From: Octopus sinensis
Lineage: Eukaryota
NCBI RefSeq assembly: GCF_006345805.1
Contig: NC_042998.1
Coordinates: forward strand, 158,658,001 to 158,722,000
Reading direction: 5' to 3'
DNA length: 64,000 bases
Shown one piece after another: positions 1-10,763 of the stretch. The notes under the pieces are model-generated. The model was not told the DNA's origin, ran no database searches, and was given only the letters and a program-made list of their open reading frames with translations. A program made the translations under genes and the position numbers. Within the stretch, counting starts at the first letter, position 1, and each line of letters starts with the position of its first letter.

Positions 1-429
1 CGAATTTAGAAATAGCAGTCAAAGGGTTATAGCTATTTCTTCTACTAAAAAGGGAGATCTCAGTAAAAACAGCAATTGGAAGGCTGACACAAACAGGTAA
101 GAGAGAATGAATTAACTGCAATCTATCAAACATTTTTAAAGTTATCTACGGACGTACGTTTCGAAATCAAGTTTTTAGGAAAGCATAAGAATTAAATATT
201 AAATATTAAATAATTCTATCTTACCGAAACTTCTTTTCTCTTCAGCGTAGAATACTATAATCAAAAATGATTATATATTGAATTTTGAGATACTAGGAGG
301 CACCAACTCAACTCAGTATCAGAGCGAGCTAGAATCCGCAACTAGTATCACCGAATTCAAATTTGTGAATGAAACGATTGTGTCAACAGCCCCTTCCCAC
401 CCGCGTGTAGCCAAAACAAGATGCTGTGG

Positions 430-430
<1 letters not shown>
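1..430 (-). mobile_element. Non-coding PLE-type pseudo-LTR / retrozyme-like unit (runs off window start)
   Basis: Abuts (TA)n at 431-475; carries a canonical HHR (145-251); homologous to 21805-21890 and 21940-22414 (shared tagt..caccgaattcaaa..gaatga, gcgtgt.gccaa..aagatgct and the agaaatagc/gctatttct hairpin). Confidence 0.7.
145..251 (-). ncRNA. Type I hammerhead ribozyme
   Basis: Minus strand: TCTACG CTGAAGA GAAAAGAAGTTT..(AT-rich)..AAACTTGATTTC GAAAC GTAC GTC CGTAGA; perfect 6-bp stem I, full core, palindromic ACGTACGT stem III, GUC triplet. Confidence 0.85.
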
Positions 431-478
<48 letters not shown>

Positions 479-520
479 AGTGTGTGTGCGTGTGTGTATG
501 TGTGTGTGTGTGTCTGTGTT

Positions 521-716
521 TGTCCCCCCAACATCGCTTGACAACCGATGGTAGTGTGTTTACCTCCCCGTCAGGTAGCGGTTCAGCAAGAGAGACCGAT
601 AGAATAAGATCTAGGCCTACAAAGAATAAGTCCGGGAGTTGATTTGCTCGACTAAAAGCAGTGCTTCAGCATGGCCACAGTCAAATGACTGAAACAAATA
701 AAAGAATAAAAGAATA
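521..716 (+). mobile_element. 3' part of octopus-type tRNA-derived SINE
   Basis: gcggttcagcaagagagaccgatagaataag...gcatggccacagtcaaatgactgaaacaaataaaagaataaaagaata; collinear with the fuller copy at 47717-48115. Confidence 0.75.
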
Positions 717-2016
717 TTAAATATCAAGAGTATTTACAGTATTCTACTCGAGTATATTTCTTAATGAAAGCTAGAAATTTGTTTTTTGTCCCTCTTTTTA
801 CGAAGCACCATTGTTTTTATTATTTTCCTTTCCCTTCATCTCTTTCTTTTCCGTTGTTTTTCTCTCTTTCTCAATCTCTCTCTCACACAGATATCGTGCA
901 CATATACATATATATTTCTCCGTGTGTGAGTGTCTGTGTGTGTGGTGTGTGTGTCTGTGTCTGTGTGTGCATGCGTGCGCGTGCGTGTTTGTGTATACAT
1001 ATATACATAAATTTTGGTTATGGCAAACCTAACCTGAAGATCCGGTGCACCCACAGGTGCAACCCAGAGTAGCGAGAGACTGAATCACCAGAATATTAAC
1101 ATATTGTTATCGAACAGAACTAACTGTATCGCCCGAAATGAAATTTCGTTCTAAACGTGATATATTTTTCTTAAAACTTATTGTGATTAGGGATTCTAAC
1201 ATCACTGACGTAACAAATTCTATGAGATCAAGAACACGAAAAAACCTGAAGCATAAAATACATAAGAAATTATGATAAAACTTTTTTATATACAACATTA
1301 TGAGCTTTTCTCCGAGACATTACAACCGAATCTGATTTTCCCGGTGCCTCAATTCTATATATGTGCATATATTTACTCGACTGCTGACATTTATCAATGG
1401 TTTCTCCCATTGTGTTGATGTGCCATTTTCTATCAATAATAAAGCTGATGGCATCTTTGACGCACGGATATGCTAGTATTATAGTAAACGTCATAAACGC
1501 CATTACAAGCGAAATAATTAAATTGCGTTGCTGTTTAGGCAATGTTTCAACGTAAGTAATTTAAGTAATTCTTTAAATTGTATTTTAAAAACACTATATA
1601 TATGTGGCAGTTCATTTTGCAAGCACCTGTGGCAGACACATACATATACACATATGCACATTCATACATGCGCATATATACACAAAAGTTATTAATGCAT
1701 GTCAACAGATGCACATATGTATATATACACACATACGCACACATAAACACGCGCCCACACATATTAAAGAGTATATCAATAAAAACTTTCGAAACCTTTT
1801 TGTGTGTGGATCAGAAGGAAATTCATGGCGGCTTGTACTTGCATAAAAGGCGATAACAACTCATTTCTTTTAAACTATTACTGATGGCAGAAACGAGCAA
1901 CTCTGAGTACTGGAAATCGGAAATTTTCAGCTATAATGTATTAAGCTATACTCCACATGTGTATTGAATCCTACCATTTATCGCTTCTAGTGTCCTAGTG
2001 AATTAACAGAGACTTC

Positions 2017-2063
<47 letters not shown>

Positions 2064-2504
2064 GATATATATATATATGTGTGTGTGTGAGAGAGAGAGA
2101 AAATGAGAGAGAGTAGGAAAGAGAGGGGGACAGCATAATATAATGTAAAATTATTTTGAAAATTACATCGAATAGCAAGATAGCTAAGCCCCCACCCGTG
2201 CGCAGTTTTCTGAGATTAAATAGAATGATAGTATAACGCAAAACAATCTAAAAAAAATAGGCAATATCAGAAAACAATTCTAAACTAAATTTTGCTAACT
2301 TCCTAACGATGATAAAGAAAAGAAAAAAAAACACATTTGCAACTACCTGCATATTGAGAAAATAGCTCTGCTTTAGACTAAAGTTCGTAAAACTCAAATG
2401 AAACGCAACTTCGCTGCCAAGTTAACGAACTTTCGTTTAGAGTTGTCCTTTCAACTTGCCTACTTTTTACATTATTTTATGTTTTGCTCTTTTCCTCTTC
2501 AAAG

Positions 2505-2749
2505 AAACCTGCTTGCTGGTGATGGGCCCACCCAATCCCACCCCCACTAACTATAATGAAAATCTTTGTATCAGAAATCCTGAAATCTCGAAATACCAGG
2601 TTCATCCCACCACTTCTTTGTATTTTGTCCATGAAAACTGTAGTGCAGATGATCGTAAGAACATGATAATAATAGGAATAGTAATTGGAATGATAAGTGA
2701 ATTATTGGCTTTAGTTGTAGTAATAATTTTGATGGTAAAGACAAAACTG
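2505..2749 (+). CDS. Possible internal exon of a single-pass membrane protein (juxtamembrane + TM)
   Basis: Polypyrimidine tract and AG at 2503-2504; open frame ETCLLVMGPPNPTPTNYNENLC...ENCSADDRKNMIIIGIVIGMISELLALVVVIILMVKTKL; GT donors at 2735 (GTAAAG) or 2750. Abuts a LINE remnant, so may be fortuitous. Confidence 0.3.
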
Positions 2750-2789
2750 GTAGTTACAATAGATAATTGTAATAATATGTCAAATCACT

Positions 2790-3830
2790 CTCAGTGTTAT
2801 TGGTAACATGTAGTTCTACCAAGCGCTTGCCTGGTAATGAGGATGGACTCTGTTGGAACCCTGCAAGATGAAAAACAAAACCTATTAAGGGGCACATTAT
2901 CTCAAGAGAGTCCACGGCCATCAAACTATGAGAAGCTAGTGTTGAGAAAGAGATTAAGGTCTTGCATGCCTGTCTGAGGAATAGGGATAAAAGACAGCAT
3001 TGACAGAGAAGGTGATTGATGACAATGGAAAGACTTTTCAAGAGTACGATATGGGGACTAACAGAGAAAAGGTCATCAATTGGAAGGAGGAACTACTAGA
3101 TGGATAGTTTTTCAACAAACAGCGGATGAAGCTGATGAAGAATCCTGAAGATGGTTAAGACATGGCTTTTTAAAGGAGATGGAAGAACTGATTCTTGCTG
3201 CTCAAGAACGAACTTTACAAAATAACTCAATAAGTGTAGTATTGATAAGACAATAGTATCACTTTTGTGTAGCCTATGTAGAAAATCATCTGAGACTATT
3301 CGACATATAATTAGTGGATACTCAAAACTACGCTAGAAAGAATACGTAAAACGCCTGACAAAGTAACAATGCGAATACACTGGCAGTTGTGCAAGAAGTA
3401 TGGGCTACAATGATCCAAATACTATGATCACCAGCCTTTACCAGTGGCGGAGAATGATCAAGTGCGACCTACATGGGATATGCCAATATACACAGACAAA
3501 AAGCTGCAACATAACCGACGAGATATCACTCTCCTTCTGAAGGAATTCAAAGGATGGACTTGCATCAATGTAGTTACACCTGAAGACCTAAATATTGTTA
3601 AGGAAGATAATGAGAAAGTCGGGAAGTACCAGGACTTAAGACTGTAAATGAAAAGAATCCACAGAACCTCAAAAGAGTCTGGTACCAATTGAGGTTAGTG
3701 CACTTGGAACCATCTCAAAAAGAGGTTGCAGCAAAAGCTGCGAATACCAAACTTCTCAAGAATTCAGATGGCAGCAAGGTTGGAATAGCTTAGCTACGGG
3801 AAGGAGCTGAGACGTGACACAGACATAGAT
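2790..3830 (+). mobile_element. Degenerate R4/Dong-like LINE 3' fragment (zinc knuckle + restriction-like endonuclease, RLE)
   Basis: Broken frames give EELILAAQERTL, LCSLCRKSSETIRHIISG, IHWQLCKKYGL, WDMPIYTDKKLQHNRRDITL; (TAA)n follows. Confidence 0.75.
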
Positions 3831-3849
3831 AAATCAGAAGTTAACTAAT

Positions 3850-3890
3850 TAAAAAATTAAACAATAATAATAATATTAATAATAATAATG

Positions 3891-3986
<96 letters not shown>

Positions 3987-3994
3987 TAATAATA

Positions 3995-4032
<38 letters not shown>

Positions 4033-4085
4033 AATAATAAATAATAATAATAATAATAATATAATAATAATGATAATAATAAATA
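3850..4085. repeat. (AAT)n/(GAT)n compound microsatellite
   Basis: Direct reading; source of the poly-M/poly-I ORFs. Confidence 0.95.
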
Positions 4086-4089
4086 TAAC

Positions 4090-5727
4090 GAATTGGAGGA
4101 CGGACTTGACAGAATACGGAAGAAGTTTAGGGACAGTAGTAGAAATCAGGAGGGGCATCTTCAAAGGGGACTACCTGTCCCCCTGATCTTTGTACTGCAA
4201 AAGCTGGGTATGTATTCAAAAGCCGCCAATAAAAGTCGACCACTTATTCACAGATAAACTCAAACTTTAAGGTAAAGATGAAGCCCAAGTCAGTTCCCTC
4301 GTTGATACGGTGTATTCTTTCAGTGCTGATATCAGAATGGAGTTTGGACTGAGAAAGTGTAGTGTGTTAGTCTTGAAGAGAGGCAAAATAAAATGTATGG
4401 ACGGGTTATAAGTACTTAGGGATTTGGGAAATGGATAAATTGATGGAGAAAGAAATGACAGAAAAATTTAAGGTGCAGTACTTGCGCATACTGAGACTGA
4501 TCCTTAAGTTGAAATTAAACGGACGGAATAAGATTGACGCTATCAACACCTGTGCGGTTTCACACCTTAGATATAGAGCAGGGGTAATCGCATGGAGAGT
4601 AGACGAACTAAACAGCTTAGACACAGAGACATTGAAGTTGCTAACTAGATATGGGACACTCCACCCAAAAAGTGACACAGACAGACTGCATGTACCAAGA
4701 AAAAGAGGGGTAAGAGGACTTATTGGATGTGAAAACAGCATTAGAGCAGAAGAAAACAACATAGCCTGGTATGTAAACAATGCCACAGGACCGCTATTAT
4801 TAGAAGTAGGAAGGTCAGGCTTGTGTAGGATGAAAGACTGCAATGATAAAGCATTGTATAAGAAACTGAAAACGAATGAAACTGAAAATAGGTGGGTAAA
4901 GAAAAGAATGCATGGACAATTTCACAGGGATGTTAAAGACAGACAGAGAAAAAAGATGGCTGTGGATGACTAAAAGTGATTTAAAACCGGAAACGGAGGC
5001 TCTAATCTGTGCTGCCCAAGAGCAAACACTAAGAATAAACTACATAAAATACAGAATAGACAACACATCAGAAAGTGATATGTTCAGAATCTGTGGACAA
5101 AATGGTGAATCCGTATTGCATATTACCAGCCAATGTGCGCCACTAGCCCGGAAGGAGTATAAGAGACGCCACGACAATATAACAAGGCTTGTCCATTGGA
5201 CACTTTGCAACAAATATGGACTTGACAGAGGAAAAAATTGGTACGACCACAAACCCGAAGACATCATCGGAAATGATAATGCAAAGATCCTGTAGGATTT
5301 TATGACTCAGTGCGACCATGAGAATAGAAGTCAGGCATAGTCTTAATTGAGAAAGAAAGCAAATTATGCTGGATCATAGATATAGCATGCCCAACTGACA
5401 ACAAGGTATGCGATAAGGAAGAAAGAAAAGTCGACAGATATGACAGGTTAACTTGGGCGGTTAAGCAGTTGTGGTCGATGAAAAAGGTGGTAGTAGTACC
5501 AATAATTGTCGGAGCCCTGGAAACAGTGAATAAAAATCTCGAGAAGTACATGGAACAAATAGGGGCTGCAATAAGGATGGAGTACTTGCAGAAAACAGCA
5601 CTGCTTGTAACCGCTCGAATACTCTGAAAGGTGCTCGAAAAAGCAGAGGTGTTACCTTAGTTCACTCGTAGTGAACAGCTGACACCATAGTACATCTCCA
5701 GCGTCAGAAACTGTGCGAAGAAAATAA
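4090..5727 (+). mobile_element. R4/Dong-like LINE, 5'-truncated and frameshifted (RT C-half, CCHC, RLE)
   Basis: GIFKGDYLSP, KLNGRNKIDAINTCAV, DTDRLHVPRKRGVRGL, KPETEALICAAQEQ, CGQNGESVLHITSQC, YKRRHD, DIACPTD; (AAT)n on both sides. Confidence 0.9.
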
Positions 5728-5741
5728 TAATAATAATAATA

Positions 5742-5787
<46 letters not shown>

Positions 5788-5795
5788 TAATAATA

Positions 5796-6385
5796 ATGAT
5801 AAGACACGACAGAGTTGGGACCTATATACACTGGAAACTATGCCAACATTATGGAATAACTACAGAAAAAAGATGGTATAGGCACACACCAGAAAAGCTC
5901 ACAGAAAACGAGAAAGCAACCATACTCTGGGATATGCCGATACACACAGATAGAGAAATTAAGGCCAACAGACCAGATATAGTTGTCAGAGATCAAGAGG
6001 GAAAAAAATGTTTTCTAATTGATGTATCTATACCAGCGGATGACAACGTGTCTCTAAAAGAAATGGAGAAACTCTCAAAATACAAATACCTGGAAATAGA
6101 GGTAACCAGAATGTGGAATCTAAAAACAGACACAATTCCTATCATAATAGGTGCATTAGGCATGATAAAAAAATATTCAGACAAATACATAACAAAAACA
6201 CCAAGACTTACAAACACATATAACATACAGAAAATTGAACTACTAGGCACTGCACACATCCTATGCAGAACACTTTCCATACAATAACCATCAGAGCATC
6301 ACAACAAATCACAGCACATACCCAAGGCACACAGAGCTGCGCTCGGTAGTGAAGTGAAAGCACGATATAAAAAATATACTACTGA
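5796..6385 (+). mobile_element. R4/Dong-like LINE 3' end (RLE domain + 3' UTR)
   Basis: ORF RHDRVGTYIHWKLC...ANRPDIVVRD...LIDVSIP...EKLSKY (PD-(D/E)xK-like); (AAT)n on both sides; same family as 19985 and 31125. Confidence 0.9.
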
Positions 6386-6415
6386 ATAATAATAACAATA
6401 ATAATAATAATAATG

Positions 6416-6482
<67 letters not shown>

Positions 6483-6483
<1 letters not shown>

Positions 6484-7038
6484 TGCCCTGATGCAGTACC
6501 AGGCAGTGGCTCTCATGGCTTCTGATCTTAACTGATTGGAAGTGTTATCCTGTACATTGTTTTGTCTTGGTATAAAAGATGGGCTACAGCAAATATTCTG
6601 CTCAATACCACAGATTTGCTTGTCAGTTGTTTGACCTTAACCAGTTGAGCATTTCCCTTAGTGGCTGACGATATGTGCATCTCTGATCACGAGCAGAAGT
6701 AGTGGGGGAGCATCATAGCCATGTGTTGAGAGGGATTCTTTGGGGTTTGAATAATTCGCCTCTGGAAACATGGGTGGTTCGTTCAACATCCTTAAACAAC
6801 CCTTATTCAGGGACCTTTTGAGCGGGATGGGCTACTCGACCTGAAGAAAATTCTAACTGGGCCCCACCTGCAAGGTCATGTGCTGTTTATCTTGATATGA
6901 GATCACCATGTCGCGCACATATGGTTGTGAGGCATGTGCCTGGTGTACCTTTATCAGACGGGTAGTCATGATGGGTATATTGGGCTTCGTATATTTTACC
7001 CCAGTGTCACTTTGACGGCATGAACTGCTCTCTCACTC
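6483..7038 (+). mobile_element. ~560-bp non-coding interspersed repeat inside (TAA)n
   Basis: Starts ctgccctgatgcagtaccaggcag, ends cactcaataat; inverted-orientation copies at 18658-19160 and 19219-19743. Confidence 0.85.
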
Positions 7039-7094
7039 AATAATAATAATAATAACAACAACAATAATAATAATAATAATAATAATAATATTGT

Positions 7095-8470
7095 CGAAAA
7101 GGTCATTTAATCATCAACAAAGTCAGGTAAAGAAGTGTCTGAGCATGAAAAAAATTGATTATCACAAGGCTTTTGAGAATGTTCTGTGCACGTGAAGCAT
7201 GGAAACATTAACTATGAATAAGTTCCTACCAAACAGACGCATTAGACATGTCATGATTAAAAGGCAGACAGAAGAAAGAATTTTAACATGTAGCAACATC
7301 TCTTTCAGAAAGGGAATATTCCAAGAGAAGTTTCCCCACCTATAACCCACTTCTTCGTCTTACGCAAGAACCTCTAACTAATTTAAGCAACATATTAAAC
7401 TAGATTCGAATACAAGTGCTTTAGGGAAGACATTCAACTATCATTTGTGTATGGGGGACCCTAAATCGTACGATAAAGATGTTTAAAAAAGCAAAAAGCA
7501 GCTAGAAACGCTGCGGCTGGTAAGACTAGAAAAATTAATTTAAGAATTCTTATTAGGAAGCTACTTAAGACAATCTTAAAATGGAAAATGCTATTTAAGA
7601 AATATTAAGGTCATCTTGGAAAAAAAAAATGAGAGAATTAGACGAAATTCAGACTTACAAATATTTTGAAATCAAGGAGTTAAATAGTGTACAACACGCA
7701 CAAAGGAAAGAAGTTAGGAAGAAATATAAGCACCCTAGATTAGCACTTCACAGAAAGCTAGAAAATCTGGTAACAGCTATCAACACTTGAGCTGCACCAG
7801 GCATAAGTTATGATATTCCCAATCAGGCGCAAACGGATTTGCAATACTAGTCGGAAAAAAACCCCACAAGACAATCACTAAATATAGTGTTATATCTCTT
7901 AAAACCTTTCACAGAAAAATTATATTCCTCACGAAGAGATAATAGTTGGGAGACTAATGTAAATGCAAAACTTAAAAAATACCCACCGTAAGACAACGAA
8001 AATATGTATTAAATTACAACATAATTGTTATGTATTTAGCTACAGAACAAATTAAGCAAAATAAACCAGTAAGTAGAAAACGGGCTTAAATGACAGTCAA
8101 TTGTGTTATAAAAGGAGAAACAACAGGAATTTTGAAAAGCTAAAAGCTAAAATTAAAATGGGGATACAAAACGCCATTCTAAAACTATAGCAAAAAAAAA
8201 AAAAATTTAACTCCTACATAGCCAAAACTCGCAAAAAATACCGAGCAAGGTAGAAACAGAGAAATAAAAATCATAGAATTGAGTGGACTGAAAGCTAAAA
8301 CTGAGGGATTTTTATTTGGGGAACTGGATCAAAGCCTCCTCATCAGAAACCAACAAATATAAGGCAGACAGAATATTCATAAGGTGGAAAGAAACAATCA
8401 TTTGATCTGTGAACCCCGGGTCTTACCCAAGAGAATAAACATCTACAGCTATGAGAAATTCGGCGTTTAC
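7095..8470 (+). mobile_element. Highly degenerate R4/Dong-like LINE
   Basis: Remnants IDYHKAFENV, KGIFQEKF, GLKAKTEGFLFGELDQSL; (AAT)n upstream. Confidence 0.65.
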
Positions 8471-8490
8471 GAACACAGGAAATGATCTTT

Positions 8491-8700
8491 TCTACTCTAA
8501 GCACAAGGCCCGAAATTTCTGTGGAGAGGCCCAGTCGATTAGATCGACCACAGTATGCAACTAGTACTTAACTTATTGACCCCGAAAAGATGAAAGGCAA
8601 AGTCGACCTCGGCGGAATTTGAACTCAGAACGTAACGGCAGACGAAATGCAGCAACGCATTTCGCCCGGCGTGCTAACGTTTCTGCCAGCTCGGCGCCTT
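8491..8700 (-). mobile_element. tRNA-derived SINE
   Basis: Reverse complement reads aaggcgccgagctggcagaaacgttagcacgccgggcg...gttctgagttcaaattccgccgaggtcgactttgcctttcatc (A/B-box-like head). Confidence 0.85.
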
Positions 8701-9551
8701 TAAAACACCGGAAATAAAGCCAGTATTATGATATATCAACAGAAAAGTAGTGCATGTATTTACATAAGTTCCAGAGAATAACAATGCAGCCATACATTGG
8801 CATATTCCTATCTACACAATCAGAAAAATCAAGATTAATCGAGCGGATATTTTTATCAATTGGTTGTTAATTCATCACCTTCAGAAGACTCACAGGTAAA
8901 GTAGACTTGCGCAAGATTTCATCTCGGAACGTTAGACTGAATGCAAGTAAATATCACTAAGTATCGTGCCAGATACTCCAACGATTCTGCCGTCCACAAC
9001 TTTTGTAACAATAACAGTCGTAGTAATAGCAATGATAATACTGATTTCCTTATTTATTTATTAATGATGATTTCTGGATTAATAAAATAATGAAAATAAT
9101 ACGTTCCATCTTTTTTTTTCTTTTTTTTATTGGTTACCAAGTCATAAGAATGAATGAAAACAGCTGCTTTCCTGCACGCTATTACGGCTTTACCTGTGAT
9201 TTTAGATAGAGTTACACCTGTGAAAAATCAATCAGTGGTTTTAGTCGTTATAATAAAAACAAAAATCTTGAGTCGGCAACAAAATTGTGCCACAGCACAA
9301 ACACAATTTTAGAAAAATCTTGAGTCAGTAACAATTCTGTGTCAGCATACAACATCGCAAAGCATTCACACATTTCGGTACGGCTACATCTTCGAAAGAC
9401 GTCGCGTATCTAATGAATAGAAACGGCTAGCGTAGTCTATTGTACGTATTTTATGGTCATGTTTTAAGCCCAATTAAGTTTCTAATGCCTCTCAATTGAT
9501 ATTTACAGAATACAATGCATTTATGCGCGTATATATATATATTATATATAT

Positions 9552-9612
<61 letters not shown>

Positions 9613-9762
9613 TTGTGTGCAGAAGAAAGTGTGAGTGGTATATGTGCATTGTATTAAGCAGTTTAGGCATGTTGCCTTAGTGATCGACTTTGTATGTATG
9701 TTTGTACGGATATATATGTACACACACACTCACACATACACACACACTCACCACACACACAC

Positions 9763-9815
<53 letters not shown>

Positions 9816-10329
9816 CACATAGATATGTATGTACATACATATATATGGAGCGTGGAGTGTCTGTTTATAGGTATATGTGTGGAATAAAGAATACAGTAAT
9901 AAAACCGACCACAGTTCGAACTCTACGGTCCACCTAAAAACGTCTTCGATTACGTGACCTGCTTACTTAAGGGAGTACTTAAGCACCACCTCACATCTTT
10001 TACACTATATGGCCAGGACAGCGACTCTAGGACTTTTCGAGCACACACATGATTGTAAAATTTTCAACTGTTTTATAGCTTCATTTTTTCTGTATTTTCT
10101 GATCTTATATCCAACTCATACTCTCACACAATAAGTATAAATATTACATTATTTTTTCATTAATAGCCTTACTTATTTATCTATATATCTTTAAATAACT
10201 GAGTTCGACTTTTCATATAACTTTTACTTTCTGTTGCATATTTATCCATATACGTGTGAACATACATAGATACATACGTATATAATATATATATATATAT
10301 ACATATACATACAACGCACGCATTAGGTT

Positions 10330-10722
10330 GCTTGTACACATACACACATACATGCTCCTATACACACATAGGACTACATAATTTTAAGCTCGCCCACACA
10401 TGCATACTCACGCAATCGCTCCCCTTCACACATACACACTCACACACGCCATTCTTACACACTCGCTTGCACTCTCTACTTCCACCCTTTCACTCAGCCT
10501 CTTTCTTCCAGCCATTTCATCATGTTGGACCGTTATTCCCTACACATTTTTTCCGGTCTCTATTTTTTTATTTCTTCATTCTCACTCCGTTTTTCTTCCC
10601 TCTCAAACCTTTCTGTCGAGGAGCCGAGGCTCGAAATGTCAGAGACTTTTCCATTCCCGAGTGCTAAACTAATGCACCTGCTTGTTCCTTCACTTGTCTT
10701 CGTCTATTGTATTCTGTACATT
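10330..10722 (+). mobile_element. 3' tail of a Neptune-type PLE (different subfamily from the adjacent copy)
   Basis: HHR-like motif at 10609-10644, then cccgagtgctaaactaat...cttgtcttcgtc and (TA)n; homologous to 13400-13538 and 41690-41815. Confidence 0.75.
10609..10644 (+). ncRNA. Minimal hammerhead-like motif (CUGUCGA core)
   Basis: CTTT CTGTCGA G GAGC CGAG GCTC GAAAT GTC AGAG. Confidence 0.6.
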
Positions 10723-10724
10723 TG

Positions 10725-10761
<37 letters not shown>

Positions 10762-10763
<2 letters not shown>

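Noticed and set aside
1107-1556. Minus-strand ORF with a hydrophobic stretch (LIISLVMAFMTFTIILAYPC) and a plus-strand GTAAGT at 1552
   Set aside because: No recognisable family motif or convincing acceptor; stops flank it in all frames.
1876-1915. Decayed HHR-like ctgatggcagaaacgagcaactctgagtac
   Set aside because: Related to the 27364 family, but core and stem I are mutated.
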